The translations under genes and the position numbers were made by a program. Source: Mustelus asterias (taxonomy: Eukaryota). From it: a DNA stretch of 64,000 nucleotides. The first letter of the stretch is position 1; the number at the start of each line of letters is the position of its first letter. The DNA is taken from NCBI RefSeq assembly GCF_964213995.1, contig NW_027590479.1:62001-126000 (forward strand), written 5' to 3'. The notes beneath the pieces were generated by a model, which did no database searches, was not told the origin of the DNA, and saw only the letters and a list, made by a program, of their open reading frames with translations. Shown one piece after another: positions 36,120 through 48,140 of this stretch.

Positions 36120-38148
36120 ATGCGGTCCCTCCACCCTGGAAGCATTGAATGAATCTGTACCAGAGGTCACCATTGCAGATGTCAGAGCAACTTTCTGAAA
36201 GGTCAACCCACGGAAAGCAACAGGCCCGGATGGGGTACACGGACGAGCACTCAGATTCAGCACGGATCAGGTGCTGAGGGGATTCGCAGACATATTCAAT
36301 CTCTCTTTACAATAATTTGGGGTCCCTATCGACCGTCATCCCAGTACCAAAGAAAAGCCAAGCAGCGTGCCTCAATGAATACCATCCGGTGGCTCTGACA
36401 TCCATCATTCCGAAGTGCTCTGAAAGGCTACTAAAAGAACAAAGAACAATACAGCACAGGAACGGCCCTTCGGCCCTCCAAGCCCGCGCCGCTCCCTGGT
36501 CCAAACTAGACCATTCTTTTGTATCCCTCCATTCCCACTCTGTTCATGTGGCTATCTAGATAAGTCTTAAACGTTCCCAGTGTGCCCGCCTCCACCACCT
36601 TGCCTGGCAGCGCATTCCAGGTGCCCACCACACTCTGTGTAAAATATGTCCTTCTGATATCCGTGTTAAACCTCCCCCCCCACTCCCCCTCCCCCCTCAC
36701 CATGAACCTATCACCCCTCGTGAACGTCACCACCGACCTGGGAAAAAGTTTCCCACAGTTCACCCTATCTATGTCTTTCATAATTTTATACACCTCTATT
36801 AGGTCTCCCCTCATCCTCCGTCTTTCCACACGTGGCACGAATCAATTGCAGTGTCCAGGACTGCCTGGATCCACTGCATTTCGCTACCGCCGCGACAGGT
36901 CCACAGCAGGCGCCATCTCACTGGCCCTACACTCAACCCTGGAAAGCTATATGACAAAGACACTTATTTCAGGCTCCTATTGATTGACTACAGCTCAGCA
37001 TTCAACATCATTATTCCTACGAACTTCATCTCCAAATTCCGTGGCCTGGGGCCTGACCCCTCCCTTGCGACTGAATCCTGAACTTCCTAACCCGCAGACC
37101 ACAATCAGTAAAGATTGGCAACAACACCTCCTCCACGGTCGTCCTCAACATCGGTGCCTCACAAACCTGAGTGCTCTGTCCTCAGCCCCTTACTCTACTC
37201 CTTGTGCACCTGTGTGGCTAAATTCCCCTCCAACTCGATTTTGAAGTTTTGAAGCATCACTGTAGTGGTTCGGAACACAAACAATGGCGAGGCGGAGCAC
37301 AGGCAAGAGATAGAGAATCTGGCGAACGTTTGCGGCGACAATAATCTCTCCCTCAATGTCAACAAAACAAAAGAGATTGTCATCGACTTCAGGAAGCATG
37401 GTGGAGAACATACCCTTGTCTAATTCAATTGGCGATGAAGTAGAAATGGTCGAGAGCTTCATGTTTTTTGATGTCCAGATCACCAAAAACCTGTCCTCGC
37501 GTACCCTCCACCCAGTCCCGCCGCCCCCCCCCCCCCCTCCCCCCCGCCCCCTGCCCTCCACTCCCAATACCGACATCTGGTTAAAAAAGCCCACAAACGC
37601 CTGTAAATTCTCAGAAATCGAAGGAAATTTGGCATGTCCGCTACGACTCTCACCCATTTTTACAGATGCACCATAAAAAACATTATTTCTGATTGTACCA
37701 TAGCTTGCTATGGTTCCTGCTTTGTCTAAGACCGCAAGAAACTACAAAGCCCACTCCATCACGCTAACCAGCCTCCCACCCATTGACACTGTTGACACTT
37801 CCCGCTACCTCGGCAAAGCAGTCAGCATAATTAATGACCCCATGCACCCCAGAAATGATCTCTTCCCCCTTCTTCAGTCGGGAAAAATATTCAAATGTCT
37901 GAGGACACGTACCAAACGATTCAAGAACAGCTTCTTCCCTGCTGCTATCAGACTTTTCAATGGACCAATCTCGCACTAAGTTGATCCTTCTCTACACCCT
38001 AGCTATGATTGTAACACTGCATTCTGTACTCTCATTTCTTTCTCTATGAACAGTATTCCTTGTCTATATAGCGCATAACAAATACTACTTTTCCACTGTA
38101 TGCCAATACATGTGACAATAATAAATCAAATCAAATCAAATCAAATCA
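36120..38148 (+). mobile_element. Rex1/Babar-like LINE remnant interrupted by CR1
   Basis: [64 protein letters not shown]; (ATCAA)n tail at ~38125. Confidence 0.8.
36433..36829 (-). mobile_element. CR1 3' fragment nested in the Rex1-like element
   Basis: ERRRMRGDLIEVYKIM..YFTQSVVGTWNALP; AAAGAACAAAGAAC tail. Confidence 0.85.
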
Positions 38149-38771
38149 AGCACCCACAGAAACATAGTGAATGTTGAGAAGTTCTTTGTTTTAACACAGC
38201 GTGTCACTGAATGGGACTCTGAATGACGGTAACTGGCAACATCCCATAATAGTCTGATTAAGTCAGAATGTCAATCACCAGTCTCGCTCAGAATGAGGAG
38301 AAAGTGAAGCTCCCCTCTCTATTCCCCTTCCCCACCATTGACAGTCCTGGCCTCTGCAGCAAATTCCCGTCTGCAAATAAAACCCTGATTGATCCATCTT
38401 CATTATTACGAACAAAAGCCTGTTTGCAGCTGAAGCTCTGATATTGTGTGATTATATTTTTTTCTAACCAAATGCCATGTTTTACCAATTTATTAATAAT
38501 GCGTGTTAGTTAATTGACTGTTCTTTTGTTCACAGCCGTTCAGTGTGACGATCAAAGCTCCCATCCTGAGCAGATGCTGTCTCGGGAAAGGGAATCGCTT
38601 GAACTGAACTGTCGGGTCCCCGATGGTTCTGGTATCTGTTGGGTGAATGTTTGATCCGATGTTATTCTGGTTTCCTCTCGCTGTATTTGAACAGCTGACA
38701 GCGCCGTTGTTCATTGTGACTGCCTGCCCGCGATTCTAAACAACCCGCAGCAGACAGGAGCACCTATCTAG

Positions 38772-39540
38772 AGTTTTCCTACGGCTGTGGGAATGTTTTC
38801 TATCACTGTGAGACTGAAAGCGCAGTAATACGCAGCAGAGTCAGTCCACTACAGACCCAATGTATTTAAACTAGTCACTTTTTTCCCACTCTGGAGTTGC
38901 TGCAAAATCTGCTTTATCCTCAGTATCCCAGGAGCTTTTACTCACGATAAATTCCGTTTGTAGATCTGGGAGCTGTCGATACCAATCTAAATAAAGTTTA
39001 GATTCATTTATTTGTCAGAAGTAATGTTTGCATTAACACTGAAATGAAGTTACTGTGGAATCCCCTCGGTCGCCACACTCCGGCGGCTGTTCGGGTCAAT
39101 GCACCTAACCAGGACGTCTTTCAGAATGTGGGAGGAAACCACAGCACGCAGATGAAACCCACGCAGACACGGGGAGAACGTGCAAACTCCACACAGACAG
39201 TGACCCAAGCCAGGAATCAAACCCGCGTCCCTGGTCCTGTGAAGCACTGTGCTACCCTGCCGCCAGTGCCAGCAATAATAGTTGCTGGCTGTGGCATCAA
39301 AGGTGCAGGTCATTGTCACCGCTTCTCCTTGTGCCTTAACATCTGAGGAGCGTCGCTGAGTCACAGAATCTTAGTTAGATCTGGAGAGAGAAGAAATATA
39401 ATCACATCTGAACAGTTCAGGCTATAGGGTGCTAAGATTTGAACCGTGCTTGATAAATGCGAGAAAAGATTAAATGTATTTAATCTCCAAGCACCTGCTC
39501 GGAATGATCCGCACACAACCCAGATGCTGAGCAGCCGCAT
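38772..39540 (-). pseudogene. TCR delta/alpha-type V pseudogene #3 (leader 39540-39495; V 39380-38811 split by a SINE; 23-RSS 38810-38772)
   Basis: 46-nt leader MRLLSIWVVCGSFRA + GT; TCTCTCCAG acceptor; DSVTQ..GEAVTMTCTFDA..NYY[SINE]LDWYRQLP..DKADFA..DSAAYYCAFS; CACAGTG-23 bp-AGGAAAACT; frameshifts and stops. Confidence 0.9.
38993..39272 (-). mobile_element. V-SINE inserted in V pseudogene #3
   Basis: GGCAGGGTAGCACAGTG head, V-SINE core and tail matching 8640-8940. Confidence 0.88.
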
Positions 39541-40334
39541 TGTCGCTTTCCTCTGTGTAAAAGTGAGTTGGGTATTTGACGGTATCTGTTCTACATCCCA
39601 CTCCCAATAATCTGTTGTTGCCTCAAAATGTCTTCACCTCACTTCTTGTATCGCTGGGGACGCTGTGAACCCAGTGGATGGTGAGCTGGTGATTCGCAAA
39701 TGGAATCACCCCGAGCTGGGTGACTCATTCTCAGATTTTGGTTCCAGAATTCACGAGCAGAGTGAGTGTCACTGTCTGGATATACTGACCCCGGATATCG
39801 ATCTTTTGGTTTTATTCCATTCGTACTTTCGAATTCCCATTGTCTCATTTGCAGGTAACGGCGACTCCCACTCAGGGGTTTTGTTTTTCTTCACACTTTC
39901 AAAGGATTTCACAATCGCGGCCGATGCTATTATGTGTCGTTCATCCCTAATAGACCCAAGGGATTTGGTTGACATTTTGCTGGTGCTCGTGCTGAAGGCT
40001 CCCAACATAAAAGCTGCTCATTCATTATTAGAGCTACCCAAAGCTAACATAAAGTATATGAAGGACGAGGGCGCCAAGGGTGTTTTGAAAGGAACAATGC
40101 GGTCCAGTTAAAAAGAAATGGCAACAGTTATTCAGTAAAATGAGGCGTTACTGACCAATTTATGCAGTCTGGGATGCGTCGAGCAGCAGATGGGGTTAGA
40201 CAAAATGTGGTGTGTCGTTCAGGACAAAAATAAATAAAACATCTTGTTAACGTTCATGTTAGCTTAAACGTTCATCATCGATTTCAAAATAGAACACAGT
40301 ATACATGTGAAATACTTCATTCATTGCTCTTCCT

Positions 40335-41020
40335 GCCAGATGTGGGGGTTCAGGGAGCATTCTAGTGGCCCTGACGGCTATGTCTGCGGTAAGTTTGACT
40401 AGCTACAGCTCCTCACACACAGCATGGTTCGGTTGGAGCAGCAGCTGGACACACTACGGAGCATCCAGGGAGTATAAAGCATGATGGACACTGGCTTCAA
40501 AGAAGTAGTCACAACACTGATCCAGATAGGTCGATGGATGACCTCCAGGAGAGGCAGGCAGGAAATGCAAGAGTCTCCTGTAGCTATTCCCCTCCCATAC
40601 ATATATACCTTTATAGATTTTGTTGGAGGTTGGGGGCAGATAGACTCTCAGGAGGAAATACCAGCAACAACCAAGCCTGTGGCAACACAACGGGTTCTGC
40701 TGGAGAGCAAGGTCGGGCTAGGTCTTAGCGAGTGATAGTAGAAGGATTCTCGATAGTCAGGGACAGAGAATGACGTTTCTGAGGCAGCGAACGACACTCC
40801 CGGATGCAGTGTACAAGGATCCATGGCTGTCTCTGAGCAGGTACAGGGCATATGAAACGGGAGGGTAAACAGACAGATATCATTGCCCACATTGGCGCTA
40901 ACGACATAAACATGAAGAGGGAGGAGTCCTGCAAAGACGTTTCTGGGAGTTAGGTAGGAATCTACAAAGCAGGACCACGAGGATAGTAATCTCAGGATTG
41001 CTGCCAGTGCCACGTGCTAT
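40335..41020 (+). mobile_element. CR1 ORF1 remnant (coiled coil + SGNH-esterase-like)
   Basis: LQLL..RLEQQLDTLRSI-, GDSIVR- and HIGANDI-like coding, degenerate. Confidence 0.6.
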
Positions 41021-41029
41021 TGAGGCTTG

Positions 41030-42015
41030 TCACTGGGATGTCTTCTGTTGTTTGCAGTGTATATAAATGATCTGAAGGAAAATGTGGGTGGTCTGATTAG
41101 TAAGTTTGCAGATGAAACGAAGGTTGGTGGAGTTACTGGTAGTGCTGGGGATTGTCAGAGGATACAGCAGGATCCAGTTAGACTGGAAACTTGGGCACAG
41201 AAATGCCAGATGGAGGTAAATCGGGACAAATGCGAGGTAATGCATTTTGGAGGATCAGATTTAGGTGTGAGTTACACTGTAAATGGCAGAACCCTTCGGC
41301 ACATGAACATACAGAGAGATCTGGGCATGTGGGTACACATCCACCAAAAAGAGGCAACACAGGTGACCAAGGTGATAAAGAAGGAATATGGCATCCTTAC
41401 ATTCATCGGCCGGGACATTGAGTAAAATAGTTGGAAAGTCATGTTGCAACTATATAAAACGTTTGTTCTGACGCATTTAGAGTATTGTGTGCAGTTTCCG
41501 TTGCCACAGTACCAGAATGACGTGGAATCTTTGGCGAGAGTGCAAAGAAAGTTCACCAGGACGTTGCCTGGTCTCGAGGGTGTTGGCTGTGAGGAGAGTT
41601 TGAATAATCTAGGATTATTTTCACCAGAAGGACGGAGGCTGAGGGAACTGAGAAGACCAGAGGTCTGCAAAATTACGAGAGGCATAGACAGGATGGATAG
41701 TCAAAGGCTTTTTCCCAGGGCGCAAGTGTCATTTACAAGGGGGGCAGTGGTTCAAGGTGAGAGGGGAAAATTTTAAGGGAAATGTATAGGAGAAGTATTT
41801 CACACAGAGAGTGGAGGGTGCCTGCAACGCTCTGCCAGAGAAGGTTGTGGAAGAAGAGACATAAACAACTTTTAAGAGGCATCTGGATGGGTGCATGAAA
41901 AGGGAGGGATCTAGATCGAATAAGCATAGGAGGTTTTTTTAGTTAGGGCATTATGATGGACATGGACCTGGCGGACCGAAGGGCCTGTTTTTGTGCTGTA
42001 CTTTTCCTTGTTCAA
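41030..42015 (+). mobile_element. Degenerate CR1 RT/3' fragment
   Basis: YINDL..SKFADETK; LEYCVQF; 3' UTR GAAGGGCCTGT..TGTGCTGTA. Confidence 0.85.
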
Positions 42016-42891
42016 TGTTTTTTGTACTAAATCAATTAAATAAAGGAAATAACTGAAACGCAAAAGGACAAAAGAGTTTCTAACATGACAGAGACAGGAG
42101 GAGCTGGTTTTGTGTTCGAGTTCAGGCTTGAATTTAGCATTTACCATTAGTGCGTCTAATTAATGTTGATGCCAATTGTTGCGGGCTTTGATATCAGTCT
42201 TTTAATTGATCACAACTTTACCCTTTGAGTCAGCCAGAAAAGTAAGAGTTTTCTTTAAAAGATTTTAATATAAGCTTTAGCAACGACCCTGGGAAACTAC
42301 AGTTCATATCCCTGGTTAGAAAGTTAGCCAGAGATATTTCATGATACAAAGGCAACTAAAGTTTTCAAAATCGATGACAAGTAATTAGCATAAACCAATC
42401 ACAATCACTTTATGCTTACTTCATTATAACATCCAATCATCAAGAAAACTTAAGAGTACAACTCGCTTTTGTATCTGTGAATCACTCCCATTTTCCAGTA
42501 GTAGATGTCTAATTCATGTGCTTTGCCAGTCTGATGGCCTTGGTGCCTCTCTATGAAGCTGTTATAAGAAGACTTTTGTTTTTCTTCCTTTGTGAATTTT
42601 AAACTTGTGTGACTATTAACTATTTTACCAACGCATGGTTTTGAGGGAGGGGGACAATGGAATTTGCAGCCAGCACTTTTGCTCATAAAAATAATAGAAT
42701 CACCCACCTTGCCACCCACCGGCAAGAAACCAGGAGTTAATTTGTTTGTTAACCGAAGTGTGAGTAATGTGCATTGTTATAATGTAATTGATCCTCTGGA
42801 GACAATCACACAGGATAAATGAGATGCCCTTGGAGCGTGTGACATAGCTAAGGTGAACGGGTTGGAGAGTTTTCTCCCTTTGTGAAAAACG

Positions 42892-45800
42892 ATGCATGGA
42901 CCAGCGAATGGCCCTTTCTATGCCGTTTACTATCCCGTTCTCGCTGCAGTTGGCATTCCAGGTAATTTTTTAATTCCAAAAAGAACTTTGTTTTTGTTCG
43001 CGATGATTATATTGGTTGCATTGTGATGTCTCGACAGAATAGAATGGAGTGAATATTAATCATTCATGTAACTTCTCATGTTCAATAACACTTGTTCTTG
43101 TTAGAAATATCGAAATGATTTGGAGGAAAATTTAACTGGTTTGATTCGTAAGTTTGCAGGCGACACAAAGATTGGTGGAATTGTGGATAGGGATGATGAC
43201 TGTCAGAGGATGCATCAGGATATAGATTTGTTGGAGACCTGGGCAGAGAGATGGTAGATGGAGTTCATAGAACATAGAACAGTACAGCACAGAACAGGCC
43301 CTTCGGCCCAAGATCAAGCTATCCCACTCCCTATCATCCTGGTGTGCTCCATGTGCCTATCCAATAACCGCTTAAATGTTCCTAAAGTGTCTGACTCCAC
43401 TATCACTGCAGGCAGTCCATTCCACACCCCAACCACTCTCCGCGTAAAGAACCTACCTCTGATATCCTTCCTGTATCTCCCACCACGAACCCTATAGTTA
43501 TGCCCCCTTGTAATAGCTCCATCCACCCGAGGAAATAGACTTTGAACGTTCACTCTATCTATCCCCTTCATCATTTTATAAACCTCTATTAAGTCTCCCC
43601 TCAGCCCCCTCCGCTCCAGAGAGAACAGCCCGAGCTCCCTCAACCTTTCCTCATAAGACCTACCCTCCAAACCAGGCAGCATTCTGGTAAATCTCCTCTG
43701 CACTCTTTCCAGCGCTTCCACATCCTTCTTATAGTGAGGTGACCAGAACTGCCCAAAATATTCCAAATGTGGTCTCACCAAGGTCCTGTACAGTTGCAGC
43801 ATAACCCCATGGCTCTTAAACTCCAACCCCCTGTTAATAAAAGCTAACACACTATAGGCCTTCTTCACAGCTCTATCCACTTGAGTGGCAACCTTTAGAG
43901 ATCTGGGGATATGAACTCCAAGATCTCTCTGTTCCTCCACACTCTTCGGAACCCTACCTTTGACCCTGTAATCCACATTTAAATTAGTCCTACCAAAATG
44001 AATCACCTCACATTTATCAGGGTTAAACTCCGGAGAAATGTGAGGTAATGCAGAAAGTTCAATCCGGAGAAATGTGAGGTAATGCATTTTGGAAGGTCTG
44101 ATAAAGTTGGGAAATATACAGTAAATGGCTGATCCCTTAAGAGTATTGATAGGCAGAGTAATCTGGGTATACAGCTACGCAGGTCACTGAAAGTGGCAAC
44201 GCAGGTGGAGAAGGTAGTCAAGATGGCATATGGCATGCTTGCTTTCATCAGCCAGGGCATTCAGTTGAAAAATTGGCAAGTCATATTGCAGTCTTATTGA
44301 ATCTTAGTTAGGCCGCACTTGGGAAATAATGTTCAATTCTGTTCGCCACACTACCAGAAGGATGTGGAGTCATTGGAGAGGGTACAGAAAAGACTTTCGA
44401 AAATGTTGCCTGGAAGGAAGGGCATTAGCTATGAGGAGAGGTTGGAGAAACTTGGTTTGTTCTCACTGCAACGACGGAGGCTGAGGGGCGACCTGATAGT
44501 CGTCTAAAGGATTATGAGGGTCATGGACAGAGTAGATAATCAGAAGGTTCTTCCCAGGGCACAAGAGTCAATTACTAGGAGGCATAGGTTTACGGTGTGA
44601 AGGGCAAATATTAAAGGACATTTACGAGGCAAATTCTCTACACAGAGAGTGGTGGGTGCCTGGAACTCGCTGCCAGGTGAGGTAGTGGAAACAGGTGCAA
44701 CCGTGACTTTTAAGTGGCGTCTTGACAAGTACATGAATAGGATGGGAATAGAGGGATAATGTTCCCAGATTGGTCGGGTATTTTTTTCAGTTCAGTCGGG
44801 CAGCATGGCCGGTGCAGGCTTTTAGGGCCGCAGTGCCTGCTCTTGTCCTGTAATTTTCTTTGTTCTTTGTTATTTGTTCTTAAAACGTGAAACCTTCTGG
44901 TGTAGATCTTCTGTTAAATATGAGGTTTGTGGGCTTCAATTCAAACGATAATGCCCTGACCAGGATCCGAAAAGAAAGGCCTAATGTTTGGAATCAGATT
45001 TTCAACATTTTTAACCCTCCCTTACAGCCAATTTGATGGCTATCGTGATCCTATCCAGAGGACGGTGTGGACTGTCCCAGTGCATCACCTACTACCTGGT
45101 GGCAATCGCGGTGACTGATTTCCTGGTTATGATTTCTGCTGTCATCCTCAACCGGATTGGTGGCATTTACTTTCGATATAGTGTCCTCTCCACCACCCCC
45201 GGGTGCACGGTCAGCAGCGTCCTGGTATATACCACCCGTGATGGGTCCGTCTGGCTGACTGTAGCCTTCACCATCGACCGTTTTGTGGCCATCTGCTGCC
45301 AGAGCCTGAAGACCAGATACTGCACCGAGAAAACAGCATTGCTGGTTATCGGAATAGTCTGTGCACTGAGCTGTGTCAAAAACATCCCTTTCTTCTTCAC
45401 CTATCAGCCCTTGTATATCCTAGACGGGGTGCCTTGGTTCTGTGATATCAAGTCCACCTTCTACACGTTAACCATCTGGCAGGCCTATCTCTGGCTAGAC
45501 CGCATATTAACACCATTGTTTCCATTCTTCCTGATCCTGCTGCTCAACGCTCTGACTGTGAGGCACATCTTAGCAGCCAGCAGGGCCCGCAGGAGACTCC
45601 GGGGTTCCGAGAGTCGGGGAGACATGGAGATGGAAAACCGCAAGCGGTCTATTGTCCTGCTTTTCGCCATCTCCCTCAGCTTCCTCCTCCTGTGGGTCAT
45701 ATATGTCGGTCATTTCCTCTACGTACAGATTTCGGGTGAGCCATACTTCACCGGCCTGGATTTCAATGACCCGCAGTACATCCTTCAGGAGACGACCAAC

Positions 45801-45929
45801 ATGCTGCAACTACTTAGCTCCTGTACTAACATCTTCATTTACGCAGTGATTCAGACCAGATTCAGGGAAGAGATCAAGAACCTGTTGATGTCTCCGTTCG
45901 CCACCCTCAAAGGTTTTCTGAAACGGTGA
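42892..45929 (+). CDS. GPR139-like class A GPCR #2; exon 1 42892-42961, exon 2 45028-45929; 323 aa
   Basis: MHGPANGPFYAVYYPVLAAVGIP + GTAAT donor at 42962; CCCTTACAG acceptor at 45027; phase-1 join GIP-A-NLMAI; DRFVAICC, TM3 and ECL2 Cys, SCTNIFIY; open frame; AATAAA at 46045. Confidence 0.92.
43110..44880 (+). mobile_element. Degenerate CR1 (host) in the GPCR #2 intron
   Basis: RT-like coding at 43110-43266, resuming at ~44031-44880; TTCTTTG tail. Confidence 0.82.
43266..44030 (-). mobile_element. Younger CR1 3' fragment nested antisense in the host CR1
   Basis: Open ORF 43314-44087 (EFNPDKCEVIHFG..VWNGLP); CATAGAACATAGAAC tail. Confidence 0.92.
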
Positions 45930-46329
45930 AAGACTATAGAAACGTTTGCTTTTCTCAGTTAAAGCCTCATTACACATTACCTGCCACCATTGTCTGCCTT
46001 CCATCCTAATGTCTCAGTACATGCCACTTTATGTCCGTCAGCTGAATAAAAAAGTCAATGTTTGGGACCCACTTCGAAAACCTAAGGACTATAATGCCGG
46101 CTAAGAGTTCTCTGTCACCAGAACTGAAGCAGTGCTGCATTGTTGGCGGTTTCTTGTTTGTTGGTCTGATACATAACCCATGCAATGCGCCTGCAATCTG
46201 AGTGAAATTCCAGTGACCTCAGGGTCATTTTGCCAAAGAAGAATGTCAGGAATTTATCCCAGAGCCTTGGGTTAATATTTATGCTTAATTGGCACCCCTG
46301 AACCAATCCCCTGCCCATCAATCTAACTC

Positions 46330-46484
46330 GTTGCAGAGTAAAGCAAAACAGATATCGTGGCTGGAATTTCGAAATGTGAGAGTTGAAGACACCGTTTCCT
46401 ATTACGGTGAAGCTCCGTACTGGTATGATGACTGGTCTGGGACTCACAATGGAAGCAACCTGAACAGATATCTGTGCAAAATTA
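46330..46484 (+). pseudogene. 3' fragment of a NAR-TCR/IgNAR-like V segment with RSS
   Basis: SKAKQISWLEFRNVRVEDTVSYYGEAPYWYDDWSG (YYC>YYG), then CACAATG at 46445, a 23-24 bp spacer and (T)GCAAAATTA; 5' two-thirds and leader not recognisable. Confidence 0.6.
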
Positions 46485-47732
46485 CAATATAAATTGTCTG
46501 GAAATGGAGAGTGAAGTGCCGTCTTAATGTTATTATCGTTTTAATCAGCTTTAATTTAATTGTAATTTTCACAATTCAGTTATAATTGCTGGAATATAAT
46601 GATAAATATCTGTTTTTTAACCAGTAATCCGTTTATGTCGTTCATTGGAAGGGAACACCCGCAATCACTGTTACCATAAAGACATTGGTTACAGAGACTC
46701 CATTGAGATTCCCCTAAGATGTTAGCAACCAGTGAACCAACACTGAACTCATGCTGGAATGTTAATAACAGTTACTGAACAATCCATTGAACTAGTGAAA
46801 GAATCAACTGTCCCTTTAAATCGCCTTGATCAACATTTCAAACAGTGCACCCCACCCGAAACCTGCTCGCCCTCTCCCCCCGCCCCCCACCGCCCCAACC
46901 ACCCCCCCCCTCCCCCCCCACTCCCACCCCGCCTCGTCCCTCTCGCTATCTTATAGATCTTTTATCCATGAGGCCTTGAATCCCTTCAACTGCACCATCC
47001 AACAATTCCAGTTAATCTTCTTGCTGCATTCTTCCTAAAGCTTTGTTTCACTGTCCTGTTTCGACGACAAATATTTATCCGCCGTAAGATTCCGTTCCAG
47101 GATTAAATTATCTCAAACCAATTAAACAACGGGAGCTATTGAAGCATTTGATCGAGTCAAAGCTTTCTTAAGGTGTTGAATATCATCCGAATTCCGATGT
47201 TACAGTCAGATCATATTTGTTCTGACCACGGTCTGAAATGTCTTTTAAAAAATCTTAAAAATCCACTGCGGAAACTGGAAGTCTGAAATAAAGACTGAAA
47301 ATGCTGGGCTGTACCAGTCGTACTGACAGCATCTGTGGAGAGAGAAAAAGAGTTAATATTTCGAGTCCTGTGGACTGATGGCTGCAACGGATACAATGGC
47401 CGATTGGCTGAAAGGCCTCTTTCCGTGCTGCAAAATCCTGTGCCTTTTATGATCCTATTTCGGAACTGCCCACCAGTTTATATTATGGAGGCCATTGTCT
47501 CTGTGTACATTAGAATCGATCTTGTCTTTGTTACAATTCGTACAGAACCTCTCTGTTTATATTACAAAAAAAACACACACTCTTAATACGCTTGACCCTC
47601 TTTCAGTATCTACTGAACTGGACCCAGTCTTCCTTCATATCAGTGCAGGTGATGTGTCAATAATTGGTGTACTAGGCCTTTTCTTTGTATTATTAAATTG
47701 TATTATTAAATTATTAAATTGTATTATTAAAA

Positions 47733-48140
47733 CTGCGTGGGTTTCCTCCGGGTGCTCTGGTTTCCTCCCACAGTCCAAAGATGTGCGGGTTAGGTTGATT
47801 GGCCATGCTAAAATTGTCCCTTAGTGTCCTGGGATGCGTGGACTAGCGGGTAAAATATGTAGGGATATGGGGGTGGGATTGTTGTCGGTGCAGACTCGAT
47901 GGGCCGAATGGCCTCTTTCTGTACTGTAGGGTTTCTATGATTTCTATGATTTCTATGATCATGTTAGGTGTATTAGCCATGCTAAATTGCCCCTTACTGT
48001 CGAAAGATGTGTAGGTTATATGGATTCGCTATATTAAATGCGCGTGGTTTAAGGGATATGACAAAGACGAGGGCCTAGGTGGAATGCAGAAGCATTGGGT
48101 CAGATGGTCCCTTTCTGCACTGTAGAGTTATATGGTTCTA
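47733..48140 (+). mobile_element. Two truncated HE1/V-SINE 3' parts
   Basis: V-SINE core at 47733 and (TTTCTATGA)3 tail, followed by a second degenerate tail. Confidence 0.8.
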
